Source: Lingula anatina (lineage: Eukaryota; Animalia; Brachiopoda). Taken from it: a DNA stretch of 64,000 nt. Position 1 is the first letter of the stretch; each line of letters begins with the position of its first letter. The notes under the pieces were generated by a model. That model had not been told where the DNA came from, searched no databases, and saw only the letters and a list, made by a program, of their open reading frames with translations. Shown in pieces: positions 14,198 through 25,007 of this stretch. The DNA lies in assembly GCA_051362555.1 (NCBI GenBank), contig CM120646.1:3782001-3846000 (forward strand), read 5' to 3'. Position numbers and translations under genes: made by a program.

Positions 14198-14685
14198 GTC
14201 TTTCGTTTTTGTTTTTTGGTTATTTTTGTTTAAATTTGTTAAGTATATATGATTGTTTTTATATTATAATAACATTTGTTTTTTGGTGCGGTGATTGTTT
14301 ATATTTTTCAATTTTGGTTAGAACGCAAGTGTGTGTGTGTGTGTGTGTGTGTGTTAGTGCGTGTAAGCCAACAGTGTACCATAGAAGTGCTACTACTTCT
14401 ATGAGTGTACATGCATATGTATGTTCTGTTTTATGTTAGTATGTTTACGTTTATGTATTTATGTATGAATACCTGCGTGAATATTGATATTTCTATGTTG
14501 TTTCACTTTCAGCATTTGCTAGTGCAAGTTGGGGTACATTAATGTTCATAAATATATTAAATATATTAATAAATATAGTTTTGCTCAGTAAGAGTTGGTT
14601 TCCCCGTGTTTCCCATTCACAATAAGCAGAAATCCAGATAAAACACCTTTAATAAATTTTAATTATGCAATAAAAGTGACTTGTT

Positions 14686-14691
14686 TTTATT
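14686..14691 (-). terminator. Putative polyadenylation signal AATAAA of B1
   Basis: TTTATT on + strand about 45 nt past the stop codon; conserved at the equivalent position in B2, B3 and B4. Confidence 0.6.
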
Positions 14692-14735
14692 CCCAAGAAC
14701 ACTGTCAAAGTAGCACTTATGGCAGTTAGTTGAAA

Positions 14736-16643
14736 TCATGCTTCAACATGTTTGAACTGGCGGCACAGCGACTCCAGAATGTCCCTCCCTGCTTCTCGGT
14801 TGTCATGGTAACGACTGATCCACTTGTGAAGAAGTAGGTTGTAGTACCTAGGAGACATGGTTTTACGACATTAACGAGAGTCGAAAATAAATAAATAAAT
14901 AGATAAATAAATATAAAAAGCAATCCGTTGTTGGAAGGCCTGTAGCCAGCAATTTAAGGTTGAGGGAGGAGATCTTTTACTGAAAAAGTGGACCTTTTAC
15001 CAACAACCTACGTGTACCTAGATAAGTGTTTACCCAGAGGGGACCTAAACCCTAGAAAAGGGGCGGTTCATTCGACCCCCCCTCCCCCCGAACACCCCTG
15101 GCTACGGGTCTGGTATTCCTACAATGATATTTCATTGAATACTTGTGTCTCTCAACTTTTTACGGAATTAATGCATTACTTTTAGTATTATTTTGATGTA
15201 AGATTATATATAAAGTAAATCCGTTTGAGAAAATCGTTTTAATAAAAAAAAATACATATTATTAACGTTGAAGACTAATCTATTTTTAAAATTCTGATTT
15301 AAAAAGTCGTAGAGTAAAACTTTCTTGACCTTGGTTGTTCAAAGAATCGTAGGTATTTCCCGGTATCTGGACCAGGAAATATTCTTTCAAACTGTCCTTT
15401 TCTGTTGTCTTCGTCTATTGTCTCTATCAGCATCCGCACGTCATCTGCTGCCAGGTTGTCTAATATGGTTTGTTGTTGGGTCTTGTTAATATAAAGAAAA
15501 ACCTTTCTTTCAATAGTTTAAAAAGCACAGATGAGTGCATAGTTTTTTTTACCCAAATTGTCGATCAACTTTTGAGACATACTGATATAAAGGTGTCCCT
15601 TTTCAGGGTACGGCGAGAATTTGGGAAGGTGGACAAGAGCAACCGTATTAGGAGTTCAAAAGGGTTACAGTGAGGTATGTCAATTATGTCCATTATAATT
15701 ACAATAATAATAGTTGTTATAGTTTATAACACTTTTTTATAAACGAGTATCATCGCCGAATTAAAATCTCAATTTCTTCACTCCCCCCCCAACTCTACCC
15801 ACCTCACTAAGATTTTGCGTGTAGTATTCATGCTTCTCCTGGGCCTCGGCGGACAGTGTCTGCACCCACAGCCTGTGGTCCATAGTAAGGTGTTTAGGAA
15901 CGCTTGACTTTCTGAAATATAACCACTTACATGTGCTTCAAATGTGCGTTTGTGCAAATATCGACGGGTAAAGTGCAATTGTTTCTTGTAGATGTAACAT
16001 GAATAGGCAAAGGAAACGATTGACTGTTAGAGGGTAGAACTTTACAAATTAAACATGACTGTTTAGATTTTAAATCGGGTGTTTACAAAGATTTATGTAC
16101 GAGCTAGAGCGACAAGTCTACCTTTCCGGTCCCAACTGCGATCGAAACTCCCTGTTCCCCAGAAAGGGAACCTGTATACCAACAAGGTTCAGCACATCCT
16201 TTAACAACGGTACGTGTACCTTGGTGAAGTTACGACCCAAGCTGAAAGTTCATATGAAAGCAATTGGCTGCCGTCTGAGGCCTAGCAGAGAATGAACAAT
16301 GCCAACATCAAGCACTGGAATTGTTTAATGGTTATTTCATAATACCAGGCGCTACAAAATTTATCAATAAAAACATTAAACTTCCAGTGGCGCCCCCTTT
16401 AATTGACAAGCCAGTCACTTCGCCAATAGTAAAAAAAATCCCTGTCAGCATCTGATTAATTGAAGTATCGCATTGCGTCATCACACTTACTCATGCGTAT
16501 GATAAATCTAATCTAACGAAAAACATGCTTAAAATATGCTAAATATTATGATCAATAGGTGAAAGATATTCTTTAGGAGATGCTTATTCTGTAAAAAGAA
16601 GAAAAGAGATAATATTGAAACAGAAATCGTTAATGAATTTTCT

Positions 16644-16686
<43 letters not shown>

Positions 16687-19600
16687 CCAAAAATGTCCAA
16701 AGATAAAAATCATAACACGTGGATACATTTTTAGAATGTTCACTTACTTAGGATAAACGTTGACCTCTAGCACCCACGGTTTAAGGTTAGCGTCCAGAAG
16801 AACGTCGAAGCCAAAGAGTTCATGGACGCTGTATCTGCTCTTTAGGTAGGACTTGACTGCTTTGCGCATGTCAGCCTCCCCGCTACAATATGTGATCAAA
16901 CCATATCAATTATATACAGATATCTGACATTAAGTCTATACCAGTGCAATAGCCAAAGGCAATCACAAGTTCGAAATTCAGGCTTAATAGAACATTGACT
17001 TGCGGTGGGAACCATATCGGTTTGCAAAATGTTTGTATATACAAACCATCCATGGCTGCGCCACAGTGAAAAAACGCTTAAAATACCTCTCCAATTCCAA
17101 AACTGCATCTGGCATACAGTGTATATACCTTCTTGATGTACCCGTTTCGACTAGCTGAAAAGGTCAACATTTTAGACCAGATGCTTACCTTATGATTGTC
17201 TTAATAATTATATCTTTTATGTCCTCCCAAACTGGATTTCGATCTATTCCGTGGTGCCGTTTTAAATAAGCCCAAAACGTAGAATGGGACCTACAATGGA
17301 ATTCATGGAGATTATGCTATGTCATGCTATGTCATGTCATACTACGTCATGTTGCGGCAAGTCATGCTGCGTCATGTTGTGATGCCATGCTATGCTATTC
17401 CATGTTATGCTATGTCATGCTTTGCTATGTTATGCTATGTCATGTTATGTTATATGTCATGTTATGCTATGGCATGTATGTCATGTTAAGCTATGCCATT
17501 TTATGTGATGTTATGATATGTGATTTCATATCATTTCATGTGATGTGAGATGTTGGTATAATAGCCACCCTTCGACTATAAAGGGGGCCCTTTTCGAATT
17601 ATGTAAATTTTAAACATGTATTTAGAATAACATTTAAGTTCATTTTACCACTAACCGATGCAACATGGCCCGTTTATTTGAACATTGTCACGAAACTACT
17701 AGTAATTATAATGGAGGCATTGCTATTTCATTTGGAGTTATTCTTACCAAGTGTGTCCTTCTTGCATCTCACGATCGATGCGGAAACCCTTCTTCTCACT
17801 ATTGACAAGAAAGTTTGTTAAATGTGCGAATTTATTGTTGACGTTCTTCATCGAAAACCTGAAATTGAAAAAGATTAACGTGATTGTGGAGATAATCTTT
17901 GCCAAAACTTCAATGTACAATACTGAAGATGATGATCGAAAACGCAACCGCCTTTAGACACCACGAGTTTTATGAGATGCTATAGATTCGGTAAAATGCT
18001 GATTATCGAGAACTGTTTTCAGCGAACTAAGAAAATCGGGTTAACACATGATCGACACGCTGGTTAATTAATTTTCATTTATTTCCAATGTGTGTGTGTG
18101 TGTGCTACCATTGGTTTCTTGGACATTATGTTGTAAAATATGGTGTGCGAAAATGGCTCTCCTTTTGTTGACAATCTCTCTTAGCTGCAGTTTCGACTAC
18201 TAAAGAATTAAATTTTGTCGACAGTCGCTATTAGCTGTAGTTTCAACTACGAAACAATTAATTTGTGCAAAATTGACTCACTTTTCGGAGGCAAATCTAA
18301 CTAGACCTTCTGGATATATGTATATCCGTAATGGGTCCACCGAAGTCACTTCCACGTAAATCCGCAAATCGAACTTGTACCCTTTGATGAGGAAAGGGTT
18401 GGGGACATACCTTGTGAAATTTAAAAAAAAAGTGCAATGCAACAAATTATTATCATAGTTTCACTAAACTTCAATACAGGGCACGAGCGTATTTGGGAAC
18501 GAAGGAAAAACGTACTCGAGCAACAGCGATGACATAGATTTTAAAACGGATTACAGTTTACATTTGATGTTATATTTGGTCTGGACTGATAGTGAGAATA
18601 AGAATAATAAATAAATGATATCTTCAGATACCCATTCGTCATTAAAAACAGTAATCAATGCAGTTCAACAACACGCATGCAGGCACCATTGCCTAAATTG
18701 ATCTACTGTTTATAGCAAACTACTTGCCTTTGTACGACAGCATTTCTGTACTTGTTGGCGTCTTGCCACTTTTGTGTCATATATATTCCCCTTGCTTTAC
18801 TGTAACAATACTTAGAGCAAGGGGTGAAAATAAACATTGCGTTACATAATGGCTGATCAGCATGTTTCAGGCAAGAAAACAATGAATCAATATTTACTGA
18901 TTCAAATTCCTCTTTTACAAAGGTCATGGCTTAAAAATTGCATCGTCGAACAATTTCATGTGCTAATTAATAATGAACATAGATTTATACGAAAGATATC
19001 CTGAAACTATAATTTCAAAATCCATACAACGTTTGTTAAAATTAAAAAGAAAGAAACATTATTCAAGGAAGATGACTGAAATGATACTGATTTCAATTGC
19101 ATACTTAGCAGGTAACCTTCTCGTGGTCAGTTGATTTTGAAAAAAGGTTACAGTAAATCACTGTTAATGGATAAAAACAGGCACCGATTTCATCATTTAC
19201 CGGTTTGACAATCCAGACATGGTCTTCAGTGCTGCTGTGTGAAAACTGTCGAAGCTGGTTGACGTCAGCAGGAAGAAGGAAGGTAGTTGGATAAAAGTCA
19301 TATTCTTTTCCCCCGTGAATCAGCGCCATGGTTTGTAAATTCCGCGTCAGTCTGTCTTTGCATCCGATTGTCCAACTGTCCGGAATGAATCTGAACTGAA
19401 GGTAGATATACATCAATCGTAAAACATTCAATTCATTTACTTTATTCATTCAACCAAGAGTCAATATATCATGAAAATGAAATGGCTGTATTTGATCGGC
19501 AGTTACTGTCCACTTTTCCTGTCCTTATTCAAAGACGCTTGGGGGTTGTTATCAATCGAACTAAGCCTAAATCCCCTTTTTGCTGAAATCATACGTTTTT

Positions 19601-21384
19601 TTTTTCAGAGATATTTTGATTGCCAATTTCAATTGCAACAGGAAGATTGTATTCCCTAAATATTATTCATTTACCTTCTGTTGCGGAGAAACGTTTAGAT
19701 ATTTTTCCATTTCCTCAGATTTGATTGGTTCATGAAAATACAACGTCCATTTCTGAACATCTGGAACCATAAAACATACTTTATATACTACGAAGCACTT
19801 TCCTTACTTAATAATTACAGACAGATACAGAAACAATCACAGAAAATTATACAAGGTCAATTACGGACAGTTACAAGGGCAGTTACAGGGACAATTACAG
19901 AAAGTTACAGGAACAATGATAGTTACAGGAACAATAATAGACAGTTACAGCAACAATGATAGACAGTTACAGCAACAGTGATGGACGGCTATAGAACAAA
20001 TACAGAAACAGGAACAGAATTCACATTCCGAAATCATTCATTTCTTAAATTTTCTTTAAAACAATACGAGAGATTTTGAAAGATGAGAATTTTAAATGTT
20101 ATATGACATGGATGTTAATTCCATAAACGTGACTCACCTTTGGTAGGTGCGAAACCAACTGTGAGAGCCAGCTCTAAAGCAATATCGTTCCTCTTGCCAT
20201 AAACCTTCAACAGGTCTCTTATCCGAGGATTCAACATATCAACTGAAGTCAAGGAATGTGATAGATAAAAAGAAGAAATGGAACGAACTTTGGTATGTTT
20301 TCCACAGGAGAAAAGACAGCAGCTACGGGTTTTATCTGTGAAATTTCTAATCTATTTTAATGTTGCCCTTTCTTTCCTTTCCCGATCACACAGAATCAAC
20401 CCGTTTAACCCCCCCCCTCCCCCACAGCTACCAGAGAGCGCATTCAGAACAGCGGACTAACTGATCCGCGGATCAAATATGACCGACCCAATTGAATGCT
20501 TGTTGCAATAATCCCCGTAATCTATTCAGTGTCTAATTGGGAATTCAGCGCCAAGCTTTTTAGTGGTTCCCCATATTTGATCCGCAAAATAGTAAGTCCA
20601 CTGTTGTGAATGTGCTCAAACTCTTTTCAATGGGAATTTTACGCATGTCAGTAAACAACCTCGACCAGCTTACCATCTTCATCCGGCAGCACGAAGTTGA
20701 TGGTCGGTGGCACGTTTGAGAACAAGCTGGGAGTCAGGGCTGGATGCACGTAGTTTTTTTCTTCATCTGGATATTCCTCCGGGTGAAATGGAACCCTTCT
20801 CTTGGGACAACTCTCTGACGGTGTTTCCAGAGGTCCTGTGTCGCTTGAAGTAGGGTCAGTGATTGCTTGTTTCTGACAAACATCAATGTCCAGCCGATTT
20901 GGTTGGTGGCAATTGTCCGCTAGGAACAAATTATAAATTTAATGGTTAGTCTTAACAACATGAAGGCGCAGCTTCAAGCCTTGGGTCACATCTATTGCTT
21001 AGGTGCCATGTCACTTCCCAAGACGATAAAACTCTCCTTTTTTCAAAAAAATAACTCTCTGTTTAAAACTGAGTGCACTAGCATATCTTTTCTAAACAAA
21101 ATGGGCGGGAATGCCCTGTGTCACAATTGTCAATTTTACGCATAAGCGCTTTTTTCCACAAAAACAATATTTTGTATTCATAATAATTACAGTGTTCACA
21201 CTTCATTATTTTTCCGACATAAACAAAAATGTCTTGATATATGCAGCGAGGAGACATCATTATATCATCATCAATTATATTATTGAAAGTAAAGCAAGGT
21301 TTACTCACTTAACTCGATCTTATCTGCCGAAATCTGACGAAGAAATCCTATCGTACAAACAAGCAGAATCGTTCTGAAGGCCAT
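14736..21384 (-). CDS. TTLL4-like ATP-grasp ligase, type B copy B1, 14 coding exons, 586 aa, signal peptide
   Basis: Exons 21384-21309, 20919-20674, 20242-20138, 19760-19675, 19395-19201, 18810-18728 (GC donor), 18410-18282, 17858-17748, 17290-17189, 16882-16748, 16241-16122, 15911-15803, 15481-15330, 14847-14736 total 1761 nt in frame. [25 protein letters not shown]...IGCKDRL...[14 protein letters not shown]...KFDLRIYV...HLTNFLVN...[25 protein letters not shown]...[10 protein letters not shown]...[10 protein letters not shown]. Confidence 0.9.
14935..15112. mobile_element. Short non-autonomous element in the last intron of every type B copy
   Basis: Inverted ends AGGCCTGTAGCCAG ... CTGGCTACGGGTCT with an internal poly-C tract; paralogous copies at ~25033, 33773 and 43427. 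Confidence 0.55.
17313..17525. repeat. Degenerate (TATGY)n pentamer repeat in type B intron 8
   Basis: TATGC/TATGT/CATGT array, also at ~27495-27715, 36265-36490 and 45860-46020; source of the MLCYVMLC ORFs. Confidence 0.85.
19815..20015. repeat. Degenerate ~11/22-bp repeat (TTACAGRAACAA-like), expanded only in B1 intron 3
   Basis: Repeated GTTACAG.AACAAT units; B2-B4 have only the short ACAGATACAGAAAC seed at this position. Confidence 0.65.
20436..20617. mobile_element. MITE in intron 2 of all type B copies
   Basis: About 45-bp imperfect TIRs GAGCGCATTCAGAACAGCGGACT..GCGGATCAAATATG / CATATTTGATCCGC..AGTCCACTGTTGTGAATGTGCTC; paralogous copies at ~30811-30997, 39569-39756 and 49276-49465. 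Confidence 0.7.
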
Positions 21385-21735
21385 CTTAAACTGATAAAGC
21401 AGTGTCTTGGTGTACATGTACATGTAGTAGTCTTTTTAATACTCTGCAACTGGGTGGATGTATGTTCATGGAAAAATATGCAGTGTTTTAAATGAATACC
21501 AGCAGTATACAAATTGGCCAAAGACGTTTATACAGATTTCATCATATGCAGCACCACATGCTTCTGTATATCGTGCAACAATGTATTCAGGTTTTAAGGC
21601 ATTATTCATATCTTGTCATTTCAGGTGAAAGACAAGTCCTTCTTTAAATGCAAACATTCTGTTTCCTTCTATAATGCAAACTGTTTGTAGCTATAAGTTT
21701 GGGAACCCAGTTCAAACATGCTGAAGCATAGACTG

Positions 21736-21986
21736 GGTTCCCATACCTATATCGATCTAACAGGATCGCTCCATCTTCTAGCGGTTTCTCGCTATATTGC
21801 TTTCAGCTTCAGCTGCTTAGATGTCTGACACGCCTACTGAAGCTGCTAAACGATAATTAATTTTCCCCTAGCAGCTTCAGTAGGCGTGACAGACATCTAA
21901 GCCGCTTTAGTTGAAAGCAATTTTGCGAGAATCCCCTCAGTGATAGATCGATCTACATTTAGTACGATAGGGTCTGGGGATGGTCC
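21736..21986. mobile_element. Palindromic MITE upstream of each type B gene
   Basis: Arms of ~63 bp at 21786-21848 and 21869-21931 around an AT-rich loop. The right end reads GGACCATYCCCAGACCCT on the minus strand, like the TIRs at 2645 and 48418. Copies at ~32122-32371, 40908-41157 and 51325-51571. Confidence 0.7.
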
Positions 21987-22712
21987 AATATTTAACACTA
22001 ACTGTAATAACTGCAACGATGACACTGCTCTTGGAAACAAAATAACAATTTAATCGCAAAATAATAATCTGAAGTCCCTCCCCCCCCCCCCCCCCCCCAC
22101 CACCACCACCACCACCACCACCACTGTGAGCGGTATTGTATAATGATGTGACCTCCAAGTAACTGACGTTAGCCTTAATGTAGAAACTGTAAAGTTGTGG
22201 ATTTAGAATTGTTTTGTTGCATTGACGTTAATAAAAGTAAGCTGTTGCTACACTGCTACATCAAAGGCACACCGTGGGCTGAGAAACTGATCCGTGTTCA
22301 AGCTTAGTATTAAAACTTTAAGTAACAATCATCACAATTTATTTTTACTGTAACACTAGCACTTTCTCGATACATGACTGCTTTGAGCTACGCCATAGAA
22401 TCGTTCATTTTAGTCCTTAAATGAACGCCTGTAAGTGTTTGGTACTCCTTACCGGATATAATTATCAAAGCAACTTAAAGGCACTGACATAAGAAAAATA
22501 TTTATTTTGCTTTATCAAAAGTAAAAAAAAAACGCATATACAACTGTGAAATATCAGGATGTTGAAACTATCACATTGCTTTACTTCAAATTAGCTGTCC
22601 CCGTTTTAACTCAAGCTCCCTCATAGCGTGGTACCATGGTTCTTATGTTGCTAGAACGATGCTGCAGTACCCTTTACCAAGGCGATTGATTTTCACAAGA
22701 TATTCACAGGTA

Positions 22713-24100
22713 CACACACTGGACAATAGAAGTGTCACCCCCTAACTCAGAGTAATAAAAGTAAGCAGATCTTGGGTACTTATAATGCCTGGTCTACTTA
22801 TAATGTGACTATTGAGTATAAAACCACTATACCATGGAATTGTATTGTTGGTCTTGTACATGTACAGCAAATGTTATTCCTGTCTTCCTCCAATATGGCA
22901 AGATACAGGCAATTATCTAACGGTTATAGGTGCAAGTTATTAACCTGAAGAGGCGGAATATAAGCAATGTCAGAATATCGATACAATTGAATTGTTCAGT
23001 CAGAACCGTGCAGAGGGTCTGGTTTCGGTATAGAAACATTGGGTCAAGAGACAAATTGCCTCTGATGGGTCGTCCAAGAAAAACTACTGGCCGTGAAGAC
23101 CGACAACTGATTTTGATGTCCAGCTTGTCAAAGTTCGACACTGTTTGTCAGTTGACAACACAGTGGAACTATTTCACACATAAGAATGTGTCTGTGAAAA
23201 TTGCTAGGCGTCGGTTACATGCTCATAGAGTTTACAGCAGGGTAGCAAGACTGAAACCTCTTATATCGTTACAAAACAGGAAACGTAGAGTTAACTAGGG
23301 TCAACAGGATCTGGAACTGGACAGTCCATGACAATTGGACCTATATTTTTTTTTTCTGATGAGTGTCGCTTTGGTCTGACCTCTGATGACAGACGGGTAC
23401 GATGCTGGCGAACTGCTGGTAAAGCATTTGAACCACATGCACTGAATTTTCGAACCCGGAGCAGCATATTCATCATGGTGTGGGGCTGCATCAGCATCCA
23501 TGGTGTGGGCGAATTGATAGTGGTTGATGGAAACATGAATCACTAGAAATGTATCGATGTTTTGGAGTCAGGCTTGCTACCATCTATAACTAACATGTTT
23601 GGTGACAGGAATTATCCATTTGTTCACCAGGATGACAATGCCCCTTGTCACAAGCCCAGAGCATTTGATGATTGGTTTGACCAACAGGACATTCGCACGG
23701 TGATGTGGCCTGCCCAGAGTCCGGATGCAAACATAATAGAAAATGTGTGAAATGATATGTCAAAACTTTTGACAAATGCCCGTCTAACCAGCAGAGAAAC
23801 TCTGTTGTTTTCAGTGTTTCATGCTTTGGCCAGCATAAGCCCTGAACGCATCAGACAATTATATGAATCCTTGCCTCGTAGACTGGCACCTATTATAAGG
23901 TCACGTGGCTATGCCACTAAGTACTAATTTTGGACTTGAACTGCATATTTTGGTAGAATGTATATTTTGTTCTCATTTTGTGATTTTTTTGTGAAAGTTG
24001 ATGTTAATAAAATGATACCAGGAGCATATCATTCCATAATCATTTATCTCCCCCATAGTATTGGTCCAGTAGGGGTGACACTTCTATTGTCCAGCGTGTG
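22713..24100 (+). mobile_element. Tc1-family (DD34E) DNA transposon, full length, decayed
   Basis: 29-bp TIRs CACACRCTGGACAATAGAAGTGTCACCCC; TA duplication at 22711-12 and 24101-02; empty paralogous sites CAGG-TA-TATCTTTA at 32885 and 41670. Confidence 0.95.
22895..23927 (+). pseudogene. Tc1 transposase pseudogene
   Basis: HTH region with GRPRKTT, then FSDE, MVWGCIS, HQDDNAPCH and WPAQSPDANIIE (34 residues between D and E); ends ..GYATKY*. Interrupted by a frameshift near the start and by stops at ~23296, 23544 and 23748. Confidence 0.9.
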
Positions 24101-24820
24101 TATATCTTTACATAAATAGACAGCCATTCTGGCTTTTTTAAATTTTGCCTGCAATATCTGCCAGAGGGTAATGCAGTAGTACAGTTGACTCGTTTTGCAC
24201 TTTTGGAATGCTTAAAAATTGAAGCACGTACCTCCTTAAATAGTAGACCGTGTTTTAATAGATAACGAAAAAAAAGACTTATGTATGTTCGTGTTGGTGT
24301 GTGTAGGCCTATAATGTACCACACAAGTTCTACTAGTACTACTTCTATGAGTGTACATGCATCTGTTGCGCAGTTTTATGTTAGTATGTTTACGATTATA
24401 TATGTATTTATGTATGAATACTTTTATGAATAATGATAATAATGATATGTTGTTTAATTATATATCATTGGTCGTATATTTGTAAAGGGGTACGTGGGAT
24501 ATAACACACTGTCACCCGGGGCGATGTTATTTGACATATACACACCGACAGCAAGTACTCGCATTTTACCGAGCCCCCCCCCCCCCCCCCCCCCCCTTAA
24601 GCCGACTACTTTAAGGAGCACCGGTATATCAGCAGGGTCAAATAACATCTCTCGCTCTGTATAAGTAACTTACAGTGTCTCACACGGTGGGTACAACATT
24701 CACAATAGGCATAAATCCCAATAAAACAACTTTAACAAAGTTTAATTTTGCAATAAAAGTGACTTGTTTTTTATTCCCAAGAACACTGTCAACGTAGCAC
24801 TTCTGACATATAAGTTTAAA

Positions 24821-24972
24821 TCATGCTTCAACATGTTTGAACTGGCGGCACAGCGACTCCAGAATGTCCCTCCCTGCCTTTTGGTTGTCATGGAAACGGC
24901 TGATCCATTGGTGAAGAAGTAGGTTGTAGTACCTAGGAGACATCATTTTACGACATTAACGAGAGTCGAAAA

Positions 24973-25007
<35 letters not shown>

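Noticed and set aside
14736-14750. C-terminal KHVEA as an ER-retention signal
   Set aside because: Lacks the terminal Leu of KDEL/HDEL-type signals, and type A ends KHLAD.
14799-14812. X-box-like GTTACCATGACAAC in the last exon of type B
   Set aside because: It lies in coding sequence (RYHDN) and changes to GTTTCC in B2 and B4; likely coincidental.
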